DNA of 64,000 bases from NCBI GenBank assembly GCA_003193925.1, contig PSPG01000006.1, positions 9,750-73,749 on the forward strand. The letters run 5' to 3'. Positions within the stretch are counted from its first letter, which is position 1. Every line of letters begins with the position of its first letter. Position numbers and translations under genes: made by a program. Origin of the DNA: Candidatus Thalassarchaeum betae. GTDB lineage: Archaea; Thermoplasmatota; Poseidoniia; Poseidoniales; Thalassarchaeaceae. Below are positions 19,727 to 29,638 of the stretch, one piece after another. Under the pieces are notes generated by a model, which saw only the letters and a program-made list of their open reading frames with translations, was not told where the DNA came from and ran no database searches.

Positions 19727-21814
19727 ATGGCAGCGGGCACTGGCATCTACATCACCTGGATAACAGGTGCAATCCTACTCAGCATAGCGATGATGCCGCT
19801 GTTCAGACCGCCTTACGCGAAACTCAGGCTCGACGGCTTCATCGACATGTTCAGACGTTACTGGGCGCACATGGTGGTGGTCTTCTCGGTCTATCTGTGG
19901 AAGGACCTGCTGGACGGGGTGGACCGGGTCCTGATGGCCAACACCCAGCTTGACATGACGCCATACGTGTACGCGATAGAGGGCGACATTGTCCTGTGGG
20001 TCCAGCAGGAGCTGCGCAACGCCGTCCTGGATCAGACGCTGACCCACCTCTACGTCATGGGATTCATGACGGTGACCTTCGCCTCGTTCCTGTATCCGGT
20101 CTACTTCGATGACAGGCACATGGCCGACAGGGTATCGCTGTCGATGTTCTGGGTCTACGTCATAGCGATCCCGTTCTTCCTCTTCTTCAACGTCGGAGTG
20201 ACCGGGGATCACATTCCCGCTATGCAGACCATCGCATACGACCTCACACCCGAGATCCACAACTGGTTCACTCGGATTGACCCGTTCTCGAACGGCATGC
20301 CGAGTCTGCACATCGGTCTCCCGTTCACCATCTGGCTCACCATGCAGAGGTGGGACGAGGACGGCAGGTGGGCGAACTTTCGCAACTTCCTGATTGGCTT
20401 CATGGCGGTCACGTCCTTCGCCGTCGTCTACCTCGGGATACACTGGATAGTTGACATCATCGGCGGCATGGCCGTCGGCATACTCGCCGTCGAGCTGACA
20501 GCCAAGACCCACTCTTCCTTCTGGAGGGTTGCCGACGAGCGCCTGTTCAGCCGACGCCTCGCCCGTGCCCTCGCAGACCCCGGCAAGTCTGTGCGTGGTA
20601 CTGTGAGCAGCGTATTCTCGGTCTTCAGGCCGCTCAAGGAGCCTAACAAGAGACAGACCAGCGTGATCATCGCCGCCCTGCTGCTCTCGACGGGCTTCGT
20701 TCTGCTGTGGGACGCCACCCATCAGGACTTCCCGGTCGAGGGCGTGGAATGGCCGACATCTGCGGCTGGCTCCGACGGATGGCTGGTCTCGGTCGAGGAG
20801 ATGCCGGACGGCAGCATTGCAATCAGCGCGTGGAATGTCAGCGACGAGGTCGGCAGCGTGCTCTCAGGGGTGCCTTGGACGAATCCTCCTTCGGTTTCCA
20901 TCTCAGGGGCGTTCCTAGTGCTTCATGACTCCCACAGGGTGGATTTCTACGAACTCGAATCCGACGAACTCGAGTTCTCCCCCAAGTTCAGCCGGACTGA
21001 GAGCGATTCCGTGCTGGATGTGGCGATAGCGGAGTCGGGCTCAGGCGGGCCGCTGCTGGTGATAGTGCATGAGGACTCGTTGGAGATCATTGACGAGGAA
21101 CAGAGACTAATCGAGACGGCTTCCTCAGAAGGCCCGTTCTCGATAGTCGCAGCCTCGGGCCAATTACTCGCATGGGCAGACACCACAGCCCCGCTGCCCA
21201 CTGTCAACGTCACCTCGCTAGAGGGGCCAAGAATCGCTATCAGCCTTGTTTTGGATGCGAGTGCGACCGAATCCCAGGACAAGTACCTCGAGCAGGTTTC
21301 GGGAGTCGCGGTGGACTACGAGAACGCCGAGATAGTCGACATCGCCATGGATCCGATGTGGGTGGCTGCGGTGGTCGATGTCGGACCGGTCAACCGGACT
21401 GTCTTGGTCAACATCCTGACAGGAGAGCAGTCGATGCTTTCCGATCCAGTGTGGCAGTCATCGTCCCCGAGCGTGGCGCACGGGCGAGTGGCATTCCTGC
21501 AGATACCACGCTGGGACCCTTCCGTCGACCCCGAGGAGATCGTCACCACGATGGACGTCTACCTCCATGACATCGGGACCAACAGCACACTGGCCATCAC
21601 GCACGACGATGACGTCGACCAGTCGGACCCGCAGGTCCTGCTGAACAACGTGGCATGGGTCGAGGTCGACGCTGATGGCGTCGCTGTGCTCAAGGTGTAT
21701 TCGGAGGAGACCTTCCAGCCCTACTCCTCGGTGATCCTGCAATCCGCCATCCTAATGCTGATTCCGTTGCTTTTCCTATGGTCCTATCAGGCCGCTTCGG
21801 AGCGCCGGGGCTGA
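19727..21814 (+). CDS. PAP2-superfamily membrane protein fused to a large extracytoplasmic domain
   Basis: N-terminal multi-TM region carrying PAP2-like motifs (MPSLH, HWIVDIIGG), then about 400 aa of Ser/Val/Asp-rich non-membrane domain and a C-terminal TM helix. Confidence 0.6.
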   Translation: MAAGTGIYITWITGAILLSIAMMPLFRPPYAKLRLDGFIDMFRRYWAHMVVVFSVYLWKDLLDGVDRVLMANTQLDMTPYVYAIEGDIVLWVQQELRNAVLDQTLTHLYVMGFMTVTFASFLYPVYFDDRHMADRVSLSMFWVYVIAIPFFLFFNVGVTGDHIPAMQTIAYDLTPEIHNWFTRIDPFSNGMPSLHIGLPFTIWLTMQRWDEDGRWANFRNFLIGFMAVTSFAVVYLGIHWIVDIIGGMAVGILAVELTAKTHSSFWRVADERLFSRRLARALADPGKSVRGTVSSVFSVFRPLKEPNKRQTSVIIAALLLSTGFVLLWDATHQDFPVEGVEWPTSAAGSDGWLVSVEEMPDGSIAISAWNVSDEVGSVLSGVPWTNPPSVSISGAFLVLHDSHRVDFYELESDELEFSPKFSRTESDSVLDVAIAESGSGGPLLVIVHEDSLEIIDEEQRLIETASSEGPFSIVAASGQLLAWADTTAPLPTVNVTSLEGPRIAISLVLDASATESQDKYLEQVSGVAVDYENAEIVDIAMDPMWVAAVVDVGPVNRTVLVNILTGEQSMLSDPVWQSSSPSVAHGRVAFLQIPRWDPSVDPEEIVTTMDVYLHDIGTNSTLAITHDDDVDQSDPQVLLNNVAWVEVDADGVAVLKVYSEETFQPYSSVILQSAILMLIPLLFLWSYQAASERRG

Positions 21815-22900
21815 TCACTCGGCGAGCCGGAACATCTCGTCGAGGCAGTTGCCCGCTCTTTCGATGACAGCCGACTCAATCTCGATGACCTGCTCGGACC
21901 GAGGCTCCCTCAGGGCCTGCAGGATGTCCTCTAGCTGAGTGACCTTCATGTGGCGACACATCACACACGCGCCGATCAGGTTCAGTTCCTCATCGGACTC
22001 GGCTATTACCCTGTCAGCCGTGCCGCACTCGGTGATGAGCATGAGGTCCCTCTTGCCTTCCGAGGCGAGTCGAAGAGCCTCGTTTATCAAGACCTCGCTG
22101 CTACCGACGAAGTCGCTCTCCTCGAGCACGTCGGCGTCACACTCCGGGTGACTGAGGACCATAAGTTCCATTCCGAGTTCAGCGGTACGCTTCCTCCAGG
22201 AGCGAATCTTGTCGCCGGTGAAGATCGCGTGGACCTCGCATTCACCGTCGAATACGATGACCTCCTTCTTCCCAGCTAGCGCGCTCTGGAGGTGCTTGCC
22301 CATGAAGCGATCGGGGACGAAGATCAGGCGCTCGCCAGGCAGCCTCTCGCAGATACTCAGGTAGTTGCTGCTGGTCACGCAGACGTCGCACTCGGCCTTG
22401 ACCGCAGCGCTGGTGTTGATGTAGCAGGCGACCGGAACACCCGGATAGGCCTCCTTCAGGTCGCGGACGTCTCGCGCCGTAATGCCGTCGCTGAGCGAGC
22501 AGCCGGCCTCGGGTGAGGGGTGCAGGACCACCTTGTGGGGGCTGACTATCTTGGCCGTCTCGGCCATGAATCGGACGCTCGAGAACAGGATGGTCTGCTG
22601 GGGCGCGTCACGGGCCTCCTTGGAGAGCGCATAACTGTCGGCGACAGAGTCGGCGACGCCGTATATGATATCCGGAGTCTGATATGAGTGGGCGATAAGG
22701 AAGACATCGTTCTCACGCTTCAGCTGGTTGATTTCCAAAGTGAGCGGTGCGATGGCTCTGCAGGTGCTGAGATTCCACTTGACGGGCTGCTTGATGACTC
22801 TCTGTAGACGACGTGACTCAGCCTCTATCTCAGCGTCCGAATAAGAGCTCGGAATCAGGCTTCCCCGGGGTAGAGGGGCGGTCAGAAGCTCGATTGTCAT
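21815..22900 (-). CDS. nadA: Quinolinate synthase A
   Basis: IAHSYQ, YINTSAAVKA and the C-terminal Cys cluster (CVMC) typical of NadA. Confidence 0.9.
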   Translation of the reverse strand: MTIELLTAPLPRGSLIPSSYSDAEIEAESRRLQRVIKQPVKWNLSTCRAIAPLTLEINQLKRENDVFLIAHSYQTPDIIYGVADSVADSYALSKEARDAPQQTILFSSVRFMAETAKIVSPHKVVLHPSPEAGCSLSDGITARDVRDLKEAYPGVPVACYINTSAAVKAECDVCVTSSNYLSICERLPGERLIFVPDRFMGKHLQSALAGKKEVIVFDGECEVHAIFTGDKIRSWRKRTAELGMELMVLSHPECDADVLEESDFVGSSEVLINEALRLASEGKRDLMLITECGTADRVIAESDEELNLIGACVMCRHMKVTQLEDILQALREPRSEQVIEIESAVIERAGNCLDEMFRLAE

Positions 22901-22957
22901 GTCTCCCGCCCTCTCGTTAGGTGCAACCGCTTTCAAGGCATCTCATCTCGGGGTGGC

Positions 22958-23620
22958 ATGGCCACGGGCGCCATTCCGATGTGGATGCCGGAGAAAGTGC
23001 TCCACGAGGGTGCTGAGGCCACTGTGACTTCGGGGTCGTGGCTGGGCAAGCCAGCGGTGCTGAAAATGCGCAGACCACGAGGCTACAGACACCCAGATCT
23101 TGACCGAAGTCTGACTCGTCAGCGACTCTCGGTCGAGGCTAGGGTGCTGGGCAGGCTGCAGACGAGGGAGTTCCCCTCCCCCGCGGTGTACGACCTCGAC
23201 ATCGAAGAAGGGTGGATGCTGCTCTCGCGCATCGATGGCAGGCCGCTGTACGATGCGCTGAAAGACGACTCTGCCGACGCCGCTTCCACGACCCCCGTCG
23301 GCGCCCTCATTCGTAACCTGCACGAGGCTGGTATCTCCCACGGGGACATGACGACTCACAACATCCTCGTGGACACGGCTGGCGCCCTCTATCTCATCGA
23401 CTTCGGACTAGCCCGTATCTCACCCGAGCTCGAGCACCTAGGGATCGACTTGCAAGTCCTGAACGAATGCCTCACTGCGAGTCATTCGGAGCATGAGGGG
23501 GCGGTACAGTCGATGGTTGACGGGTATCTTGCGGCAGACGCTGGCGGTGCAGTCGCCAGCGCCGAGGAAGTCGTAGCCAGATTTAACGCAATCAGAGGCC
23601 GAGTCCGGTATCACGGGTAG
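22958..23620 (+). CDS. bud32: Kae1-associated kinase Bud32 (KEOPS subunit), RIO-type
   Basis: Small atypical kinase with GAEATV, HGDMTTHNILV and IDFGLA motifs. Confidence 0.85.
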   Translation: MATGAIPMWMPEKVLHEGAEATVTSGSWLGKPAVLKMRRPRGYRHPDLDRSLTRQRLSVEARVLGRLQTREFPSPAVYDLDIEEGWMLLSRIDGRPLYDALKDDSADAASTTPVGALIRNLHEAGISHGDMTTHNILVDTAGALYLIDFGLARISPELEHLGIDLQVLNECLTASHSEHEGAVQSMVDGYLAADAGGAVASAEEVVARFNAIRGRVRYHG

Positions 23621-23628
23621 GTGCGCGA

Positions 23629-24222
23629 ATGAGGATACTGTTCGCCACCGGAAACCCCCACAAGGTCGTCGAGGCGGTGCAGATGCTGTCTCCACTGGGC
23701 CACAGCGTTGAGCCGCTGCTCGTCGACGGCGAGATGCCCGATTTCGTCGAGCCGCAGGCGGAGGGCCTGGAGGCCGTGGCATTCGCCAAGATCGAACAGG
23801 CTCGCATGATGATGCAGGGCACCGAGTTGGAAGGCTCGGCGATAATGGTCGAGGACTCGGGGCTGTTCATCGACTCGCTGGACGGCTTCCCGGGAGCGTA
23901 TTCCTCCTTCGTCGAGGGAACCGTGGGACTCGACGGCATCCTCCGGCTGCTCGAGGACGCTGGGGACCGCGGGGCCGAATACAGGGCTGTGGCGATAGTC
24001 GACTCCGAAGGCAGGACATGGCAGGCCAACGGGATCTGCAGGGGCAGGATATCCAAGGAGATGCTCGGGAGCGGTGGTTTCGGCTACGATCCCATCTTCG
24101 TCCCAGATGAGGGTGACGGGCGCACTTGCGCGCAGATGAGCGCCGAGGAAAAATCAGCCATCTCGCATCGCGGACAGGCCCTGAGGGGCCTCTCCGAGGT
24201 CCTCAGTTCTGCGTCAAGGTGA
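23629..24222 (+). CDS. Non-canonical purine NTP pyrophosphatase (Ham1/RdgB/ITPase)
   Basis: ATGNPHK, EDSGL and GFGYDPIF motifs. Confidence 0.9.
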   Translation: MRILFATGNPHKVVEAVQMLSPLGHSVEPLLVDGEMPDFVEPQAEGLEAVAFAKIEQARMMMQGTELEGSAIMVEDSGLFIDSLDGFPGAYSSFVEGTVGLDGILRLLEDAGDRGAEYRAVAIVDSEGRTWQANGICRGRISKEMLGSGGFGYDPIFVPDEGDGRTCAQMSAEEKSAISHRGQALRGLSEVLSSASR

Positions 24223-24254
24223 AGACGGAGCGCTGTTGTGGGAGTCCGATAGCC

Positions 24255-25178
24255 ATGGTGTCGCTGACCCGGCTCGTCCTCTGGACCGCGGTTCTGGTGG
24301 GCATTCCCCTGTTCCTCGTCCTGCAGGGTGAGGCTAGCCTGATGACGCAAATCGCAGGCGGTGCTATACTTCTCGCCCTGATATCCATCCTGATGTTCTC
24401 AGGTCGCTCACCTGTCCCGAAGCCATCTCGAAAGAAGGACACTGTGGCAGTGGAGGAGTTCAAGGATGAGATCGAACTGCCGGCCCCGGTACTCGAGCTA
24501 GAGGGCGCCAGCGAGCGGCGCGAGGGGAAAATCCAGCGAAGCAGGGGCAGAGTGGCTCAGCCTGCTATACCACCGATGCCCGCCCCTCCAGCGATGCCTA
24601 TGCCCCCCCCGGCCGAGGTAGCACCTGATGGCGAGGCATCATCGCTACCTCCGATGCCAGTGATGCCGGACGATGGCAGTCAGGTTGCAGCGCGCTACGT
24701 GGCGGCGTCGGACCCTCAGTCAGAGCTGGAGACGGAGATCGAGACCTTCGTGGGACAGAGACGGGAGAGGCGCGCAGAGATACGCTCCAAGTTGGAGAGG
24801 AAGCGTCGGATGGTCCTAGCCGAGAGACGAGCAGCCAAGGTCAGAATGTGGTCTGCGGTGGAGGACGGCGAGGACCTCGCTGCCATTCTCAAGGACCCGA
24901 ATCACGGTCTGATAGTGCTGGAGGAGCCCGAGAGCCCCGATACGAGCAAGCCACAAGGAATCTCGTACGTCCGAATCGATGGGAGCCGCGTGCTGAAGCT
25001 CCGAATGCCTCTGGAGGTGCCAGAGAAGGAGCAGCCGGCCCCGCCTGAGCCCGAGATGCCAGAACTGCCTCCGCTCCCGCCGCCTGGGGGCATGCCGCCC
25101 CCGCCCGGATTGCCACCGATGCCCCCTCCACCTGGCATGCCGCCGATGCCTCCTCCAGTCACTTCCGATGACGCATAG
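24255..25178 (+). CDS. Hypothetical membrane protein with Pro-rich (PPMP/PPPG) C-terminal repeats
   Basis: Two N-terminal TM helices, a charged coiled region, then PELPPLPPPGGMPPPPGLPPMPPPPGMPPMPPP. The ORF track's longer version (24126) overlaps ham1; the start is taken at MVSLTRL. Confidence 0.55.
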   Translation: MVSLTRLVLWTAVLVGIPLFLVLQGEASLMTQIAGGAILLALISILMFSGRSPVPKPSRKKDTVAVEEFKDEIELPAPVLELEGASERREGKIQRSRGRVAQPAIPPMPAPPAMPMPPPAEVAPDGEASSLPPMPVMPDDGSQVAARYVAASDPQSELETEIETFVGQRRERRAEIRSKLERKRRMVLAERRAAKVRMWSAVEDGEDLAAILKDPNHGLIVLEEPESPDTSKPQGISYVRIDGSRVLKLRMPLEVPEKEQPAPPEPEMPELPPLPPPGGMPPPPGLPPMPPPPGMPPMPPPVTSDDA

Positions 25179-25222
25179 ACCGTCGACTGAATGTTGAAGC
25201 GCGAAACGACTCTGGGCGAGCC

Positions 25223-26059
25223 ATGAGCGACGAGGTCCTGCTGGTCGAGGACTTCGCAGTGGAGGACTGCAGCCCTGTGGGAGGCGTAATCGCGGTCTGG
25301 ACGCTCAACCGCCCGGAGAAGCTCAACGCGCTGAACCGGCAGTCGCACATCGCGATCAAGGAGCAGTGCGCGCGCGTCGAGGCCGACGACTCGGTCCGCG
25401 CAGTGGTGATTCGCGGCGCCCCCCCTCCTCCGGCGCTCGAAGGCAAGCGCCCCAAGCCGGCCGCCTTCGCCGCTGGGGCCGACATCGCCGAGTTCGCGGG
25501 CAAGAACTCAGACGACGTTCGCGAGTTCTTCGGCAACAACGCCTGGGAGGCGATATGGGACCTCAGCAAGCCGACCATCGCCATGGTCGACGGATTCGCA
25601 CTGGGAGGCGGCACCGAGCTGGCGCTGGCCTGTGACCTCAGAGTCGCCTCGACCCGAGCCAAGTTCGGACAGCCTGAGATTAATCTAGGGCTGATACCTG
25701 GCGGCGGGGGGACTCAGCGTCTGTGCAGGCTGCTGGGATACGGCAAGGCGATGGAGATGACCCTGACCGGGGAGATGGTCGGAGCAGAGGAGGCTCTGAG
25801 CATCGGACTGGTCAACAAGGTGGTCGAGCCGGATGATCTCGAGGCAGCTGCAATGGCGCTGGCCGAGAACATAGCTAGGAAATCACCTTACACAGTCAAG
25901 GTCGCCAAGCGCGCCGTCCGCGCGGCGCTCGATCTGCCGTTCACGGAGGGGGTGCTGGCCGAGCGCTCCGAGTTCGTGGCGCTTTTCGACACCGAGGACA
26001 AGGAAATCGGGGTTTCCGCCTTCTTGGAGCACAAGGACGCGGAATGGGTCGGTCGCTAA
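25223..26059 (+). CDS. Enoyl-CoA hydratase/isomerase (crotonase family)
   Basis: Crotonase fold motifs AAFAAGADIAEF, VDGFALGGGTELALACD and GLIPGGGGTQRL. Confidence 0.9.
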   Translation: MSDEVLLVEDFAVEDCSPVGGVIAVWTLNRPEKLNALNRQSHIAIKEQCARVEADDSVRAVVIRGAPPPPALEGKRPKPAAFAAGADIAEFAGKNSDDVREFFGNNAWEAIWDLSKPTIAMVDGFALGGGTELALACDLRVASTRAKFGQPEINLGLIPGGGGTQRLCRLLGYGKAMEMTLTGEMVGAEEALSIGLVNKVVEPDDLEAAAMALAENIARKSPYTVKVAKRAVRAALDLPFTEGVLAERSEFVALFDTEDKEIGVSAFLEHKDAEWVGR

Positions 26060-26086
26060 CCGAACCCCAGCAAGCGTCTTGGCCGA

Positions 26087-26653
26087 GTGGCATGCCCTGA
26101 GTCCATGGCGGGCCGCGTGATAGTGCTGTGTGGACCGCCCGGATCGGGCAAGGGCGTAGTCGTCGAGTGCGCCACCGCGCGCGGCTTGGCAGTGCTCTCC
26201 CTCGGCGACGTAGTGCGCACGGAAATGGCCGAGAGAGGCCTTCCCGAGACGCCTGAGAACGTGGGACAGACGGCGCTTGCCATGCGCGAGGAGCACGGAG
26301 AGGTCATCGTGGTGGACCGACTGATGCCGAGACTTGCCGAGGCGATGGAGTCCTCCGACGTCCTGATAGACGGAATGCGCCAGCCCGAGGAGCTGGAGCG
26401 GCTTCGTGAGCACATCGGGGATGTCACCATCGTCGCGCTGTCCGCACCTGCCCAAACTAGGGCTGAGTGGCTGGCAGAACGAGGCCGCGGCGAGGATGGC
26501 GGGGACGAGGAGTTCTCCGTGCGCGAGGAGCGCGAGTGGGGCTGGGGCCTCGAGCACCTGATGTCGCAGGCCGATGCCATCATCCTCAACGAGGGCTCGG
26601 TGGAGGAGCTTGGCCAGAGAACTGACATGATCCTCGAGACACTGGGCTTCTAA
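26087..26653 (+). CDS. P-loop nucleotide kinase-like protein (archaeal UPF0200-like)
   Basis: GPPGSGKG Walker A. About 188 aa with the arrangement typical of small archaeal adenylate/dephospho-CoA-kinase-like UPF0200 proteins. Confidence 0.5.
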   Translation: MACPESMAGRVIVLCGPPGSGKGVVVECATARGLAVLSLGDVVRTEMAERGLPETPENVGQTALAMREEHGEVIVVDRLMPRLAEAMESSDVLIDGMRQPEELERLREHIGDVTIVALSAPAQTRAEWLAERGRGEDGGDEEFSVREEREWGWGLEHLMSQADAIILNEGSVEELGQRTDMILETLGF

Positions 26654-27238
26654 TCACTCGAATGCGTCCTCGACCATCCCGACGGGTTCGTCCTCGGCAC
26701 TCGCATCCATCACGAGCCAAGCGGCTTCGCGTCCGTTCCGCATCATCTCTTCCTGGATCTCGCGAATCCTGCCGAGATTCCCGAGATAGTGAGCAAGACC
26801 CCGATTGTTGTGCCTCTCACGCTTCATAATGAACTCCTGGTGCCTGTCCTCGTCCGCAACGTAGAGGACCACACCGCAAGCGACCCCACCGGTCGCTTTC
26901 CAGTCATCGAGAATCCAGGCGCCGGGAATCACATGCACTCCCTCGAGCAGCAGGTCGGAACCCTTCATACTGGCCCGCCTGACGACCGCTGCGACTCCCT
27001 CTGAGAGGACCTTGACTGTCTCGTGCCAATCTTGTACGACTCCCGAGCCCGCCGGTTCGAACGAGGAGCGGTGCAGAGCCGGCAGTTCGTCTGCGTCGAA
27101 TTGGGTCCGCAGCGTCTCGCGAATGGTGTCGGTGGTCGCGATCTTGCTGAATTCCAACGATGCCGCAGCGCGTGCCGAGAGGGTGGATTTGCCTACCCCG
27201 CTACTCCCGGTGATGACCAGAAGCCGGGGCTTGCTCAT
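26654..27238 (-). CDS. 2-phosphoglycerate-kinase-like P-loop kinase (COG2074 domain)
   Basis: LLVITGSSGVGKSTLSARAAASLEFSKIATTDTIRETLR resembles the 2PGK kinase-domain signature. Only the roughly 190-aa kinase domain is present. Confidence 0.5.
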   Translation of the reverse strand: MSKPRLLVITGSSGVGKSTLSARAAASLEFSKIATTDTIRETLRTQFDADELPALHRSSFEPAGSGVVQDWHETVKVLSEGVAAVVRRASMKGSDLLLEGVHVIPGAWILDDWKATGGVACGVVLYVADEDRHQEFIMKRERHNNRGLAHYLGNLGRIREIQEEMMRNGREAAWLVMDASAEDEPVGMVEDAFE

Positions 27239-27247
27239 ATGTGACCC

Positions 27248-28666
27248 TCAGCGCTGGATCGACTTGATTTCGAGGTACTCCTCGAGGCCGTGGACCCCTA
27301 GTTCGCGGCCGTTTCCCGAGAACTTGTAGCCGCCGAACGGCGCTGAGACGTTGAACGCGCCTCCGTTGATGCTGACTTGTCCGGTGCGCATCTGGCGAGC
27401 GACTCGCATCGCCCGCCCCTCGTCACCAGACCAGACTCCGCCCGAGAGCCCGTAGTCGGAGTCGTTCGCGAGGGCGATAGCCTCCTCCTCTGTCGAGTAG
27501 GTGGTTATCGAGAGAACAGGCCCGAAGATCTCCTCCCGGAAGATGGCCATCTCCGGCGTCACGTCGGCGAACACCGTCGGCTTGACGAAGTACCCCGAAT
27601 CAAGGCCATCGGGCATGCCTTCGCCACCTGCGACCAGAGTAGCGCCCTCCTCGATGCCGCTGGCGATGTATGAGGTCACGCTCCTCTGCTGGCGCTTGGA
27701 CACCATGGGGCCACAGCGTACCGATTCGTCGAGCGGGTCACCTACGGTGTAGCGGACCATCTTACCCAATATCACGTCGACGACCTCGTCGCGCTTCGCA
27801 TCGGGCACGAGTAGGCGAGTGAGCGCCGAGCACTCCTGCCCTGAGTTGTTGAAGCAGGCATAGATGGCCGAGCCAGCGGCTCTGCCGATGTCTGCGTCGT
27901 CGAGGATGATGTTGGCGCTCTTGCCGCCGAGTTCGAGGGTCACCCGCTTGACGCTGGGTGCAGCGAGCTCGCTGACGCGCACTCCAGCGCCGGTCGAGCC
28001 GGTGAAACTGACCATGTCGACGCCCGGGTGGCTGGATAGGACCTCCCCTATCTCTCGTCCGTGTCCCGAGACGAGGTTGAAGACGCCTGCAGGCAGGTCA
28101 ATCTCATGCATGATGTCGGCCAAGGCGAAGGCGTTCAGGGGTGCTTCCTTGGACGGCTTGACTACCATTGTGCAGCCGGCTGCGATTGCCGGGGCGACCT
28201 TGCCGATTATCTGGTGGAGCGGGAAGTTCCACGGTGTGATCATCGCGACCACACCGACGGGCTCCTTGACGACGAGCGAGTTTCGGACCTCCTCCTCCCA
28301 CTCAAAGCTCTCGAGTATCTTCGCGTACGAGCGTGAGACCACTCTAGGAGTCCCCACCATGGCCATCCTGCAGTAGTTGATGGGGGTGCCGACCTCTGCT
28401 GTGATGAGTTGCGACAGCTCCTCAGTCTGTTCTTTTATCGCCGTCGAGAGCTTGTTCAGATACTCCCCCCGCTCATCTATTGAGGTTCTGGACCAAGAGG
28501 GGAAAGCGGCTCGTGCGGCGGCCACCGCGACATCGATGTCAGCCGCCGAGCCGACCGACACCGAGCCGATCAACTGCTCATTGGCGGGATTGACGACCTC
28601 GATCGAGCCCTCGCCGTGCGGGGCGACCCATTCACCCCCGATGTACAGGTGCTCCCGCGTGTGCAT
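27248..28666 (-). CDS. NAD(P)-dependent aldehyde dehydrogenase
   Basis: ITPWNFP, catalytic Glu in ELGGKSANII and Cys in FNNSGQECSA. Start taken at MHTREHLYIGGEWV. Confidence 0.92.
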   Translation of the reverse strand: MHTREHLYIGGEWVAPHGEGSIEVVNPANEQLIGSVSVGSAADIDVAVAAARAAFPSWSRTSIDERGEYLNKLSTAIKEQTEELSQLITAEVGTPINYCRMAMVGTPRVVSRSYAKILESFEWEEEVRNSLVVKEPVGVVAMITPWNFPLHQIIGKVAPAIAAGCTMVVKPSKEAPLNAFALADIMHEIDLPAGVFNLVSGHGREIGEVLSSHPGVDMVSFTGSTGAGVRVSELAAPSVKRVTLELGGKSANIILDDADIGRAAGSAIYACFNNSGQECSALTRLLVPDAKRDEVVDVILGKMVRYTVGDPLDESVRCGPMVSKRQQRSVTSYIASGIEEGATLVAGGEGMPDGLDSGYFVKPTVFADVTPEMAIFREEIFGPVLSITTYSTEEEAIALANDSDYGLSGGVWSGDEGRAMRVARQMRTGQVSINGGAFNVSAPFGGYKFSGNGRELGVHGLEEYLEIKSIQR

Positions 28667-28766
28667 GCACGCTCGACTGAGCGACGTCTTATGAGATTCA
28701 TGTAATTCAAGAACAGCCCCCCCGTCTCGCGAGCATGGCCTTGAAGGTAGAGCGCCATGAGGTGGA

Positions 28767-29231
28767 GTGAGCGTGCCTCGCAGGCTCATCGTGATGCGCC
28801 ACGCTGACAGCAGTCGCGACTACCCCAACATGAGCGACCACGACAGGCCCCTGAACGCGCGTGGACAGAGAGACGCTCCGCGGATGGCGGATGCGCTGTC
28901 CAAGAGGGACTGGCTGCCCCAACTGGTGTTGGTAAGCAGCGCCAGACGCACTCTTGAGACACTGGAAGGAATGGCACCGCACATGGACGAGGCCAGGATT
29001 GACGTCAGGCCGGAGATCTACCATGCCGGCATCAGCACCCTGTTGACCCAGTTGGGGGACATGCTGGGCGGCGGTACGACCATGATACTGGGCCATAACC
29101 CGGGCTCTGAGAATCTAATCAATCACCTGACAGGCGAGTGGCGCGAGATGCAGACTGCCGCAGCCGCGTTACTGGTCGAGACTTCAGACGGTTGGACGGT
29201 CGAGGAAGTCCTCAGGCCGAGGGAACTCTGA
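28767..29231 (+). CDS. sixA: Phosphohistidine phosphatase SixA-like (histidine phosphatase superfamily)
   Basis: LIVMRHADS (RHG motif) and an ILGHNPG second catalytic His, in about 154 aa. Confidence 0.75.
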   Translation: MSVPRRLIVMRHADSSRDYPNMSDHDRPLNARGQRDAPRMADALSKRDWLPQLVLVSSARRTLETLEGMAPHMDEARIDVRPEIYHAGISTLLTQLGDMLGGGTTMILGHNPGSENLINHLTGEWREMQTAAAALLVETSDGWTVEEVLRPREL

Positions 29232-29284
29232 GGCTTCGGACGCAGTTCGACAGATTGAAGGCGGAAACCCTCTGACTTGGTCTC

Positions 29285-29629
29285 ATGAAGGAGTACAGAA
29301 TCTCGATGAATGACGAACCTGGCGCGCTCGCCGACCACTGTGAAGCCATAGCCGCTGCGGATGTGAACATACTCGCTGTGGTCGCCATTGGAGGCGACTC
29401 TGCATCGGCTGTCATCCTGACTGACAGCCCCGATGCGACCTCCGGTGCCCTCGATGACATGGGGGCGAATTACACCGTAGCTGACCTGAAGTCGATCAAG
29501 ATGGATCACGAACCAGGGGCCTTGGCCTCGTTTACGAGGGGCATGGCCAGTTCAGGTGTCAATCTCAAGTCGCTGTATATCATGTCGATCGACGGCGACA
29601 GCGCTACCATCGGGTACACGACAGACTGA
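29285..29629 (+). CDS. ACT-domain protein
   Basis: Two ACT-like halves (DEPGALADHCEAIA.. and DHEPGALASFTRGMAS..), about 114 aa. Confidence 0.6.
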   Translation: MKEYRISMNDEPGALADHCEAIAAADVNILAVVAIGGDSASAVILTDSPDATSGALDDMGANYTVADLKSIKMDHEPGALASFTRGMASSGVNLKSLYIMSIDGDSATIGYTTD

Positions 29630-29638
29630 GACGAATTA

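Noticed and set aside
19775-20722. 315-aa minus-strand ORF within the PAP2 membrane-protein gene
   Set aside because: Antisense shadow ORF, Arg/Glu/His-rich low complexity; the sense strand encodes coherent TM helices with PAP2 motifs.
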